Source: an uncultured Eubacteriales bacterium
Lineage (GTDB): Bacteria > Acidobacteriota > Aminicenantia > Aminicenantales > Aminicenantaceae
Direction of reading: 5' to 3'
DNA length: 64,000 nucleotides
NCBI GenBank assembly: GCA_964410125.1
Contig: CAYPGQ010000014.1
Location: 938-64,937 of the forward strand
In this document: positions 19,242-29,035 of the stretch, piece after piece
How the letters are laid out: each line of letters begins with the position of its first letter
How positions within the stretch are numbered: the first letter of the stretch is position 1
Translations under genes and position numbers: made by a program
The notes under the pieces: model-generated
Told to the model about the DNA's origin: nothing
Seen by the model: only the letters and a program-made list of their open reading frames with translations
Database searches by the model: none

Positions 19242-20149
19242 CATTCACAAGAACTGATGCAGGGTTATCAAATCAGCATCTTTTTCATAAGGTTGATTAT
19301 GTAGTTTTCGTTGAAGGAAGCGAAAAAGAACTATCGTTTCAAGAAGTATGTCAAGGGTATTCAGGAATTGCTTCATTCGACATTCTTTATTGGCAAGCTA
19401 TTTTTAACAAGTTTGTCAGCAAAAAAAAAGTTAAGTTTAAACCCGTTGGTTCGAAAAGTATTCTGAGAGTTATAGCAAAAAAAGTTGAATTAGGTGAAAT
19501 AAATCATGTTTGGGTAGCAATGGACCAAAATACAGATCGCTTTAGAAATGAATATATTCAAAGTAACGGGGTATTTTATACTTGGGGATATAGTTGGGAA
19601 AATGACGTTTTACAATTACAAGTTTTAATTGATCTTTTCTTTGTGCTTTGTCCGATAGAAAGAGCTGAAAATGAGAAAGATGTCTCTGATGTTATTAGCC
19701 AATTATATTATGACTTCATTCACAAAATCCGTCATTTTGTGCATGTTGATATGTTGTTGTTGACAAAAGGTAAGAGCCTTTTTCCTAGAAGAAATTATAA
19801 AAGGCTAATTAAATGCAATCCTGCGCATACAATTCCACCTGAACTAAAAATCAGTGAATTAAAAAGACTTCTATCAGAATGTAATAAACAATTTTCGAAT
19901 TTAAAGCCCTTTTTCTTTAATGATAAATATAAACCTAATACAATAAGATATTGTTTTGGACATTTACTGTGCATTTACTGTTATCGAGCTCTAATGTATG
20001 CGTTAAAGAAATTTGCACAGATGCCATATATTGCATTAGATTATATGACCTCCATGGCAACTAGATTGTTTGGTGACTCGCTTGATTCGACCTTAAGTGA
20101 AGAAATTTTTGAGCATCACACGAAGCAATTTGAGTTTATTAATTCTTAG
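19238..20149 (+). CDS. DUF4435/TOPRIM-like protein, AriB-like
   Basis: Its start overlaps the ATPase stop in an ATGA. It has an N-terminal VVFVEGSEKE motif (TOPRIM-type Glu in a VEG context) and later KPVGSK and VAMDQNTD. Confidence 0.45.
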   Translation: MTFTRTDAGLSNQHLFHKVDYVVFVEGSEKELSFQEVCQGYSGIASFDILYWQAIFNKFVSKKKVKFKPVGSKSILRVIAKKVELGEINHVWVAMDQNTDRFRNEYIQSNGVFYTWGYSWENDVLQLQVLIDLFFVLCPIERAENEKDVSDVISQLYYDFIHKIRHFVHVDMLLLTKGKSLFPRRNYKRLIKCNPAHTIPPELKISELKRLLSECNKQFSNLKPFFFNDKYKPNTIRYCFGHLLCIYCYRALMYALKKFAQMPYIALDYMTSMATRLFGDSLDSTLSEEIFEHHTKQFEFINS

Positions 20150-20432
20150 GTGATTATCTAATTTCAACTCATTACAACATGGCTTTCTACTACGTTTCTT
20201 CAAGTAATAAATAAGAGTTCATTTTTTATTGGCTCCTTCTTATATTAAATGTGAAAATTTCTTCAACCTCCCCTATTGATAGGATTTTAGCTGGACTTCC
20301 CCCAATCTATTGGACACATCGAAAAGTTCGACTTAATATCAGAATTGGAGGTGTCAAGAGGCGTGTAGTTTTACGCAGTAAATCGGCGTATACATTTACA
20401 CACCCTGAGGGTCTTGTATTAAGATCCATTGC

Positions 20433-21111
20433 TTAGCTTTTCTCCTTTTTTGATCCATGAATCATCTCATTAAAGTCTTTCAGCCGGTAACTTTGCCCAT
20501 CGATATTTAAGATATGGGCGGTAGAGCTCGCAAAACTGGTTCGAAAAATGGGGGTCATATCCCAAAAGCTTGGATCCTCTTCCTTATACTCTGTCCAAAG
20601 GAGCTGGCGGGTCACCCCTTTTTTCCTCAGCTCTTGGTGGACGAGCGCCCAATCCGGAGTCCTCTTGCCAGCCTCCTTCAAAACCGATGGAAAAAGACGC
20701 TTTTCCAACTCCTCATCCCCGAGTCCTTCAGGAAGAGGCCAACCGATTCCAGCCTCCGACGCTCTGCACAAATACTCCCGTACCGTCTCCTTCCCGACGG
20801 AACAGGCTCTGGCAATGGCCCGGATGGATAGACCACCCGAGTGTTTCAATCTGAGTACTTCTCGAATTTTTCGCATGGATAACCTCTTTCTGGCCATCTT
20901 TTCCTCCTCTTTTTTTTGGAAGGTACATGATGGCCTATTCGTTTTAAGTTATCCAGCACCGCTTCACTTGATATCGATTCCGGAGTCCGGAAAAAAGTGG
21001 CCGGAATCAACCGGAACAGGTGGCCGGATTGCTCCGGAATCAGTGGCCGTAATGAATCGGAATGGGTGGCCGTAATGAATCGGAATGGGTGGCCGCTTTC
21101 GACCGGAATAT
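20433..21111 (-). mobile_element. IS21-family remnant: istA N-terminus fused in frame to istB C-terminus, plus terminal 23-bp periodic repeats
   Basis: In the 154-aa ORF (20433..20897), the IstA-type HTH region runs into an IstB-type tail (AHILNIDGQSYRLKD). Upstream lie five GTGGCCG-cored repeats. Confidence 0.65.
20997..21111. repeat. Five direct repeats with exact 23-bp period (GTGGCCG core at 20997, 21020, 21043, 21066, 21089)
   Basis: I read these directly from the sequence. The two central units are identical (gtggccgtaatgaatcggaatgg). They are typical multi-site IS21 termini. Confidence 0.8.
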
Positions 21112-21284
21112 GCAACGATATATCTTGAGAAAGTTTCAGCACAATCAAAGAGCCCACTGAAGTCGTTAAGTACTAGTTCAGCCTTGGAATCAATATAAAA
21201 AGGCAAATTTAAACTTCTATTTTTGTTCATCTGAAATACTCCTGAGATATGAATTAGAAAAAGTCATATGTAAAATAGGTATCA

Positions 21285-24182
21285 CTAACTATTAAATATT
21301 ATTCGATATTTCGCAACACGATTATCTATTGCTGGTTTGGTTCCCTCAAGAACGTCAACAATTTTTTTACATATATTAGGATTTTCTAAAGCTCCAGATA
21401 TATAGTCTAAATTGTAGTTTCCTTCTTTATCAAGTGATGCATAGATCACTTGTTCAGCATCACAAACTACTGCAAGGTTTGGGTTATGAGTAACTATAAT
21501 AATTTGACGTTTCTTTTTTGCTTCTTTGATACAATCAACTAATAGTTGATATACAGTTTGATTATCCAGATTCCCTTCAGGTTGATCAATAATTAAAGGA
21601 AGCATACTGTTATCAATTAATAAATAAAATATCAAGAGCAGTGTACCTCTTTCCCCAGGTGATAACTGCTCCAGAGGCTTGCCTTCCCATCGTAATACAT
21701 ATCTTGGTTCTAAATAATCCAATCCATAAATAAACAGATATAAATCACCAGGTGAAAAGGTTTGACGAACTTGATCTTTGATGAGTACAGGCGGATTTTC
21801 ATCATAACGATAATCATGATGAAGGTATTCGATCACTTTATTAATAAATTCTTCTACTCCTAAATCTTCATCTAAATTTGCTGCTGCAACTAAATGATTT
21901 ATTGTTTGTTTCCCTTCTGATTCACCATGAAAAGAACCTCGTCGCTGTTGATTTATAAATTCTAAAAATCTATCACTGAACTTACGTGGGACCAATGAGA
22001 CACGAAATTCTAATCCAAAGCGTTCTTTTGCTAAAGGATGTTTATCTATGAATTCTTGAATAGGAGCGTAAAGTTCTTCATATACCCTTAGTAATGTTTT
22101 TTTTACTTGAAAGATTCTTTTCGCACATTCTTGCTGTTTCTTTTTAGCTGTTGATAGTTTTTCTGGAATTCTTTCTATCTCGTCTTGAAGCGCTTTGTAA
22201 TGTTCTAATGTTTTTGGAGTATTTACGTTGCCAATCAAATTTTTTAATTGTTCTTCCCATTTTGCTTTTATTGCTAAATATCTTTGGTATTCTTTATTTG
22301 GACGATCAAGCTTTTCCCGCAATATATCAATCTTGTTTTTTATTTTTTTTCTTTGGAAAATTAAACTCTGATCGTTATCTTCATCTTTTAGTTGTATATC
22401 GAGATTATCTTTTTTCGCATGTAAATTTTTTTCAATCTTTTTTAGCTTAGATAGATCAATATTTACTTGGATTAAATCATTTTTTGAGATTCCTAATTTC
22501 TCACAATCAGTAGAAATTTCTTCGAAAAGATTATCAACCTGCAATTTAAAGTTTCCAATTTTTCTGTATATTTTTTCAATCAGACGAATACTCAAGACAT
22601 CCCTGTTTAGTTCATCCTGTTTTTTCTTAATATCTTTATCTACATCAACAATTTGAGATGCATATTCTTCAATTTTGTTTGAAATATCATCGATTTCTTT
22701 TTTCCTTTTTGGATCTGTTTCTGGTTTTTTTACCTCAACTGGCATTATGCTTTTATGAGCATCAATCTCTTTTTCTATATCCCTAAGTTCTGATTTAAGC
22801 GAGTCAATATAAATATCTGTAGATTTTTCCTCAAGTTTTACCACCTCAAGTGTTTCCCTTCTTAAATCTTCAATTATTTGTCGAATTTTTGCTTGTGATT
22901 CTGTTGTCCGGAATTCGACAAGTTCATCAAGCGAAGCTTTTCCGAGTCGTTCTTCTGTCGGTATACGTGAAAATATTACCTGCTTTAGTTCCTCATGAAA
23001 TCTTCCCTCTTGTCCTCCCTTTAGCTCATCACAAATATCCTCTAAATAGAATTGAGGAATGTATCGTACAGATTCGGTTAAAGTCGAATCGAAACGATCA
23101 TCAAGATTTCTCCTTATTGTTTCACCACTTTTCCAAGTAAGTTCAGCATCAAAGTGGGAGGATTTGTTTGCTCTAGGATGTCGAAATTGATCTTCATGTA
23201 GGAATGAAAAAGATTCTTCATGTGGGCAATTCCCCATTAATCCAATAACATCAGAGAGTGCGCTTTTTCCATTTCCTTTATTTCCAATGATAGATATTAG
23301 CCCAAAATTGAATTCTAATGAAACTCCATCAAACCAATCTTCTCCAAGAGATGAAGAGCTTCTCTTTTTTATTTTTAAAGAATCAATGTATTTAGTTTTA
23401 TTTTTTTCAACATGATCAAGAATCTGAGGTCGTTCACCAAGAAAAACTCTCTCGATAGGCTCATTAACAACTTGTCTCAGACCATAAAACGTCGCGTCTG
23501 CTTTCAACCAACAAGGTAACGATACTCCATAATCATTAACATTGTGGTTATCAGATCCAATAATTATAGGAAGGTTTAATCCCGTTGCTGGGAAGACAAT
23601 TTTTATGTACCTCTCAATGTCTTTCAACTGTCCTATCTCAAGAAAATCAATAAACATTTTTGTTATATCGAACTTAATCCTCTGTTGAAATTGTTCTCTA
23701 TTCTCAATTCCCTCAACTGAATTAGATTTTCCTCCAGCATGAATTGAAATTAGCCCTCCTAATCCAGATATTATCTTGTGTGCATCTGAAATGGGAACAT
23801 AAACACTTTCATTCCCTCCTCTTGCTTTAATACCTTCAGGAGTTAGTTTCAAGGCGCCTTTAAGTGTATCCCATATATGATCTAAATCCATTGATTCAGA
23901 GAATAATCCAATATAGTGAATTGGCTTATCTCCAAGTTCAGAACGAAGTTCAATTCCAGGAATTACACAAAATTTCCCTTTGCTTAATTTTCGTATATTT
24001 TTAATTCTTTTAACATCTATAAAATGATGATCTGTGATTCCCACAACTTTGACACCTGCATCAATCAGTACATCTGTAATTTGTTCATCTGACACAGTAT
24101 CATTTTCATAATCGAAAGATGAAGGAGTGTGAAAATGTAAATCCCATTTTCGCCATATTGATCCTAGTGAAAATTCTTCCAT
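21285..24182 (-). CDS. PHP-domain + ABC/SMC-like ATPase with long coiled coil (Ppl/PplA-like)
   Basis: N-terminal PHP motifs are DLHFHTPSS, GITDHH and GSDNHN. It has Walker A GNKGNGKS and a coiled coil of about 350 aa that is K/E-rich. The C-terminus carries LSPGERG, Walker B LIIDQPEGNLD and VTHNPN. Confidence 0.65.
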   Translation of the reverse strand: MEEFSLGSIWRKWDLHFHTPSSFDYENDTVSDEQITDVLIDAGVKVVGITDHHFIDVKRIKNIRKLSKGKFCVIPGIELRSELGDKPIHYIGLFSESMDLDHIWDTLKGALKLTPEGIKARGGNESVYVPISDAHKIISGLGGLISIHAGGKSNSVEGIENREQFQQRIKFDITKMFIDFLEIGQLKDIERYIKIVFPATGLNLPIIIGSDNHNVNDYGVSLPCWLKADATFYGLRQVVNEPIERVFLGERPQILDHVEKNKTKYIDSLKIKKRSSSSLGEDWFDGVSLEFNFGLISIIGNKGNGKSALSDVIGLMGNCPHEESFSFLHEDQFRHPRANKSSHFDAELTWKSGETIRRNLDDRFDSTLTESVRYIPQFYLEDICDELKGGQEGRFHEELKQVIFSRIPTEERLGKASLDELVEFRTTESQAKIRQIIEDLRRETLEVVKLEEKSTDIYIDSLKSELRDIEKEIDAHKSIMPVEVKKPETDPKRKKEIDDISNKIEEYASQIVDVDKDIKKKQDELNRDVLSIRLIEKIYRKIGNFKLQVDNLFEEISTDCEKLGISKNDLIQVNIDLSKLKKIEKNLHAKKDNLDIQLKDEDNDQSLIFQRKKIKNKIDILREKLDRPNKEYQRYLAIKAKWEEQLKNLIGNVNTPKTLEHYKALQDEIERIPEKLSTAKKKQQECAKRIFQVKKTLLRVYEELYAPIQEFIDKHPLAKERFGLEFRVSLVPRKFSDRFLEFINQQRRGSFHGESEGKQTINHLVAAANLDEDLGVEEFINKVIEYLHHDYRYDENPPVLIKDQVRQTFSPGDLYLFIYGLDYLEPRYVLRWEGKPLEQLSPGERGTLLLIFYLLIDNSMLPLIIDQPEGNLDNQTVYQLLVDCIKEAKKKRQIIIVTHNPNLAVVCDAEQVIYASLDKEGNYNLDYISGALENPNICKKIVDVLEGTKPAIDNRVAKYRIIFNS

Positions 24183-24221
24183 TTTGTACTCCTCAATTCA
24201 ATGTTCAAGAATTTTTTTTTA

Positions 24222-24416
24222 TTACTTAGATTTATAAAATAAATTGTGCTGATCGTTAAAAAGGTAAAATCTGATGGGCTTAGTTTGTATTCCAACATCA
24301 CACTCCTCCCCTTTCTTTTTGCTTTTAAGCTCATTGGAGTTATATGAATTATGTAATTTTCCAATTGTATAATCTTGAGAGGCTGACCACGAGAATTCGT
24401 TTTTAAACTCTTTCAT
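24222..24416 (-). CDS. Possible small ORF (64 aa) between two large genes
   Basis: This is an ORF only. There is no SD and no recognisable motif. Confidence 0.15.
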   Translation of the reverse strand: MKEFKNEFSWSASQDYTIGKLHNSYNSNELKSKKKGEECDVGIQTKPIRFYLFNDQHNLFYKSK

Positions 24417-24464
24417 TTCAACTACTTATATAATATTGAAAAAGTAGCCCCCCTCCCCTATTCA

Positions 24465-26315
24465 TTATCTCGTCAGCACTTTGACAATTCTATCCTCATT
24501 CAGGAGTCCATTTCTCATAAGAAGTCGAACTGGAAATTCTTTGATTGTAGAATTTTTGAATCCTTCTAGAATTTTCATCAATCCTCTCGAGGTAAGCAGG
24601 GAAAGATTCAGCTCATAATCGTATTCACACGCTGCGATGAAGTCGTCCGAGAACTCATTTGCCACAATTATTGCTTTTGTCACATGAAAATTTTTATTCT
24701 CACAAAGATTCACATAGGATTTCAGTTGTCTCGATACGGAGGTGTATTGGTTATATTCTTTATCCTTTTTTGTTTTGCATTCGACCAACATGAGATCTTG
24801 ATTTCCAAGATTGATTAATACATCAATTTTATGGCGATTAGTATTGAGGCTATTTTTCAATTTGTTGTCTGTATTGAATCCAAGTCTATTGAATATCTTT
24901 TGTGTGACTTTTTCATACAACAGCCCCAATTCGATCTCTTTGACAAACAGCCCCTTATCATGCAACGTTTTTAAGTCTCTTCGTCCGATCGCATCGAAAT
25001 TTTCGATATAAAGATCATCGATGTCCCTATAGTTTTCGATGATATTTTTAATCAAATTTCCTCTGGATTTAATGTTGTGACCTTTACAAAATTTTAGAAG
25101 TTCATCCCGGATAAAAAGATAGAGAATGTCTCTAGGCTTGATGTTATATTTGTTCAGCAATTCAGAAGACATCACGTTTTCATCTTGAAGCTCGAATTCT
25201 TCTTTTATTTTGTTGTTGATAATTGGGAAGGTGCCTGCCAGATCTTTTAAAAGGCTGTTAAAGCCATCACGGGAAAGGCTAATCGTGTCTTCTTTTTCAA
25301 GGTCATTGAAGTATTTAATCAAATTCGCGACTTTTTCTTCTAGAGAACGTCCGAACTTTTCAATATCGACTTCAAGCCCTTTCTCCATGAGTGCCTGAAG
25401 TCTTTTAGACTTTTCGGTTTTGGATGTTCCTGGCCGGAATATAATTTCTGTAAGCAAATTTGTCGCATTAACTCCTTGATTTAAGATCTCCTGAATCTTC
25501 CTTTTCCTGCTCCATTTTCTATTGATATTATGTTTTTTCGTTATGAGGTTGATCTCAGGATCGCTTAGGTTTTTCAGAATCCGCCTTAAAAATTTATTGG
25601 GAAGCTCTATTCCAGCTATTTCTCTTAATAACCAAATAAACTCATCAGGAACGTATAAAGTGTTTGTTTTTCTATTGAAAAAGATGATTCCGGATTCTTT
25701 CAATTCATTCAACAAATCATCAACCTTAAATTTTTCTAAAGGGATTACAGTATGGGAAATCCACCTGACCTCTTCGTTGGATAATTCTAGATTTTTTTCC
25801 AGAGTTTGAAGAATGGATTTTTCTTCCCAGGATAGCTGTTTTTCCATATTTCGGATGAGATCGTTTTCATAAGCAGTCTGCACACAGTTTTTATAAATTC
25901 GGTAATCTCTTTTTCGGTTTTCCTCTAAATCTCCGTCCCCAATATCTAGAAGGCGCTTGAAATATTTAATGTTTGCTTCTAGTTTTGTATGCTCATTGTT
26001 ATAGAGTTTTAGGAACCATTCCCTTGTCATCATCGAGTTTCCGTCCCTTATCAGAATATCCACAAGAATGTCGAGTTGGTAATCACTGAATTTTATTCTT
26101 TCTTGAAGATGTTTTTTATATTGGGGCGTAAGAAGTTCGAAGAGTTGAACAATGTTTTCATCATCCACATTTTTCAGCTGTCCATCCCCTTTAGATAATA
26201 TTTTATCGATTTTGGGCTTTGATTTTCTTAGGTCACAACAAAAGCTGTCAAGAATTTTTAAAAATGCGCTCTTCTCGATCTGATTGACCGTGTCAAGAAC
26301 ATCGATAAGTCTCAT
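24465..26315 (-). CDS. Protein with SAP/HeH-like repeats and C-terminal Mrr-type PD-(D/E)xK nuclease domain
   Basis: The C-terminus reads HKIDVLINLGNQDLMLVECKTKK (D...ExK), then QLKSY and IIVANEFSDDF. It has its own TTGACA-17-TAATAA promoter (26349..26377) and an AAGGAGG SD. Confidence 0.55.
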   Translation of the reverse strand: MRLIDVLDTVNQIEKSAFLKILDSFCCDLRKSKPKIDKILSKGDGQLKNVDDENIVQLFELLTPQYKKHLQERIKFSDYQLDILVDILIRDGNSMMTREWFLKLYNNEHTKLEANIKYFKRLLDIGDGDLEENRKRDYRIYKNCVQTAYENDLIRNMEKQLSWEEKSILQTLEKNLELSNEEVRWISHTVIPLEKFKVDDLLNELKESGIIFFNRKTNTLYVPDEFIWLLREIAGIELPNKFLRRILKNLSDPEINLITKKHNINRKWSRKRKIQEILNQGVNATNLLTEIIFRPGTSKTEKSKRLQALMEKGLEVDIEKFGRSLEEKVANLIKYFNDLEKEDTISLSRDGFNSLLKDLAGTFPIINNKIKEEFELQDENVMSSELLNKYNIKPRDILYLFIRDELLKFCKGHNIKSRGNLIKNIIENYRDIDDLYIENFDAIGRRDLKTLHDKGLFVKEIELGLLYEKVTQKIFNRLGFNTDNKLKNSLNTNRHKIDVLINLGNQDLMLVECKTKKDKEYNQYTSVSRQLKSYVNLCENKNFHVTKAIIVANEFSDDFIAACEYDYELNLSLLTSRGLMKILEGFKNSTIKEFPVRLLMRNGLLNEDRIVKVLTR

Positions 26316-26596
26316 ATTATCCTCCTTATGCTGACATCAACGTAAATATTATTAGTCGGATAATTTGCAAATGTCAAATTTTACTGAAACAACCTCCCTT
26401 AAAAAAACAAGGCCACATCTTAGGTATTACGCAATTTATAATTTATGTAAATCACCGTTTAAGGTGATTTTGAGGGGGATATTGCATAAATAAAGATATC
26501 TAAGGACCGAAGGCCGTGTCATACCGTTTCTTCGGCAATACATGGGGATAATCTCCTGAGCGAAGTGCAATGTTTTTTCCTATGCGAAGCCCATAT

Positions 26597-29035
26597 TTAA
26601 ATTATTGCTTGGATTTTAATAAACTGCTGGAATTTTTCTATACACTTTTCAATATTGTTTTCTTTTATTTTTTCTACTTCTCTGCACCATTTTATTGCCT
26701 TTTTTTCAAGAGAGAGGTTTTCAATTTCCATCCACCAATTGGGCAATATCACATGTCTTCTCATTTCTAAGGAGTTTTCAACCTTTCCAATATTTGACAC
26801 ATGAATTTGACCTCTTTGAATTCCTTCGAAACTAGAGGCAAAAAATTCGAGGCTCCGAAAACCGTTTAAAGGCAATAAATCATGAAATAGTTGGAGCATG
26901 GGTTTTTGAATTTTGCTAATAGGGCCCCATTTCGAGTTGAGAAGAGAGGTCATTAAATAGACCTGTTCTGTTTTTAGCTTGTCTTCTTGATATCCTTCAA
27001 AAGTTTTATATTCTTTTATGCTGTAAACTTTATTTTTATAAGCATCTCTATCCATATTAATATTTACATTAATTATTTTCTTGACTGCTTTTATTGCATA
27101 ATCCCAGTGGCTGGCTTCGGTCAAATCAAGTTCAATAATCGGACCATTAAGACGAGATACAAAATCAGAACCTTTAGTGATTTTTTTACTTTTATCATCA
27201 GAGGACAGTTCATCCATTCGGCTGGTTGATGCAAAAATCCATACTCCAGGGGTCAAACGGTATGTTTTGCCGTCTTTCATAAATTTTCCATCCCACATAG
27301 GGCTGAGCAGCAGCCCAATAGCACTGTGCCCCTCAATTTCAGCATTAATTTCATCTATGAAAATCAATGTCCTTTTCTGAGTTCTGGCTTGAATCGAGGC
27401 AATAGTTGCTAAACATTCAATGAGGTCTTGATTTTCTGACATTTGTGCAATGGAGAATTCAAGGAATTCCATATCAAAATGATCTGCGAGACATTTTGCT
27501 AAATAGCTTTTCCCCCAACCTGGAGGTGAACTTAAAAGGCAGCTCAAGGAATGTCTAAGTGTTTTTTTGTTATTGAATTTTGCTATTTCAGAAACAAGAT
27601 GATTTATCGCATCACGCTTTGGTCCCCCTACACAAATGTATTTGGCCAGTGTCCCCTCACCCCGCCACAATTGCAAAACCTCTGAGATCGTTCCATTATC
27701 AGACATTAGTTGGATAGCTCCTATGTTTTCAGCCGAGGAATTCCAATCATCCCAGAGTTTTTCGTATTCTTCAATTTCGACTTTCTTATCGGAATGAGTA
27801 GTAATATTTAGTGCTTCTAAAGCTTCAGAATAGTCACCATAAAGATAAAGCTCTTCCTGATTCCATTTCTTGCTGGCTTTTTCACTCCAGTAATGAGCAG
27901 CAAGAAGAGCTTTGTAGCATTCGTCACCGAAATTATTGATAATTTTCCCTCTTTCTTGAGAAAAATCTGCATATAATCTCTGGGCAATAAGAGATCCATA
28001 AAATATTGTAGTTCTTCCTAAATTAATGAGCTGTTTCTCTCCCGGAGGTTGATGAATGCTGTAACACATATTTCTATCTTTAGCGAACACTGTGTTTTTA
28101 TCTAGAAGCACCGCAGCTCTCATGGAATTAATTCCTGATTTATCCCTTTTTGAGCCATGTTTATACGTTGTATCGCAAGTGAGTTCACCTAGAAGCTCCA
28201 AAGCTGCATGACTGAGGTGCTTCCCATGCCACCATCTTCTTTCTCCTTTTTTGTGTTCAGCAAATTTAAAATCTACAACAATCATATCAATTGCCCTTTT
28301 ATTCTGATTTAAAACTTCCAACCAGCCAGGATTATCAATTTTAGTACGCACATACCATTTGATAGCCGGTCTATTTCTGAAGATGCTCAGCAATTTTTTT
28401 ATGGTTTCTTCATTTATCACTCCAGCAGCATGATCTTCAATTACCAATGCAACTACATTAATATCGCTAGATTTGAGTTCTGTCTCTAGCATTTTAAGAT
28501 TTATATTCATAGAGGCGTCCAATACCCAGTCAAAGCGGTAAAGTTGATGTGGTTTTGCGCCTCCATATCCCTCGAAACATCGGATGATTCTATTTGTTGA
28601 TGTATTTGAATCAAGAGAGAGATTTCTCAACTTTACATCATAGGTGCAATTCTTTTTAGAATAGGGACACTTATCTTTTATTACCGGTCTTAGGCTGGTA
28701 AGAGTATACGGAGATAGTAGTTTTTTATCCGTATGATGTGGGCAAAGCGTGCATTTAATTAAATCATCATCAACAGGATTCCAGACGCCATATCCAAGAA
28801 ATTCAAATTGAGTTCCTTCGTTTTTTTTAAAATAAGATCTGAGTATTTCTATGAGTGTAGCTGCACCACATAGATTTGTAATTTTTTGATCCACACTGCT
28901 GTGTCTTGATAGATAATGGATTTCTCCTGGAGAGGAGCTGTGATATAAATCTTGTCTTGTGACAAGCCAATTTTCATCAATAAACCAATCCCCTATTACA
29001 ACCACCGTATCAACTTTTTTATTTTTTTTAGGCAT
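26597..29035 (-). CDS. HldE/PfkB-like (degenerate) domain fused to a classical AAA+ ATPase
   Basis: The N-terminus has VVVIGDWFIDENW, NLCGAATL and VIEDHAAGV, which resemble ribokinase-fold kinases, but the GAGD site is replaced by NLGRTT. The AAA+ part has Walker A PPGWGKSYLAK, Walker B LIFIDEINAE and sensor-1 VWIFASTS. The start is placed at the ATG behind a GAGGGG SD. Confidence 0.5.
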   Translation of the reverse strand: MPKKNKKVDTVVVIGDWFIDENWLVTRQDLYHSSSPGEIHYLSRHSSVDQKITNLCGAATLIEILRSYFKKNEGTQFEFLGYGVWNPVDDDLIKCTLCPHHTDKKLLSPYTLTSLRPVIKDKCPYSKKNCTYDVKLRNLSLDSNTSTNRIIRCFEGYGGAKPHQLYRFDWVLDASMNINLKMLETELKSSDINVVALVIEDHAAGVINEETIKKLLSIFRNRPAIKWYVRTKIDNPGWLEVLNQNKRAIDMIVVDFKFAEHKKGERRWWHGKHLSHAALELLGELTCDTTYKHGSKRDKSGINSMRAAVLLDKNTVFAKDRNMCYSIHQPPGEKQLINLGRTTIFYGSLIAQRLYADFSQERGKIINNFGDECYKALLAAHYWSEKASKKWNQEELYLYGDYSEALEALNITTHSDKKVEIEEYEKLWDDWNSSAENIGAIQLMSDNGTISEVLQLWRGEGTLAKYICVGGPKRDAINHLVSEIAKFNNKKTLRHSLSCLLSSPPGWGKSYLAKCLADHFDMEFLEFSIAQMSENQDLIECLATIASIQARTQKRTLIFIDEINAEIEGHSAIGLLLSPMWDGKFMKDGKTYRLTPGVWIFASTSRMDELSSDDKSKKITKGSDFVSRLNGPIIELDLTEASHWDYAIKAVKKIINVNINMDRDAYKNKVYSIKEYKTFEGYQEDKLKTEQVYLMTSLLNSKWGPISKIQKPMLQLFHDLLPLNGFRSLEFFASSFEGIQRGQIHVSNIGKVENSLEMRRHVILPNWWMEIENLSLEKKAIKWCREVEKIKENNIEKCIEKFQQFIKIQAII

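Noticed and set aside
20997-21111. Regularly spaced 23-bp repeats that at first glance resemble a miniature CRISPR array.
   Set aside because: The units are contiguous with no spacers, no cas genes are nearby, and they abut an IS21 istA remnant. They are IS21-type terminal repeats.
24183-26596. The nearly identical lengths (282 and 281 nt) of the two spacers between the three large defence-type genes.
   Set aside because: I saw no sequence similarity between the spacers, so the equal length is probably coincidence.
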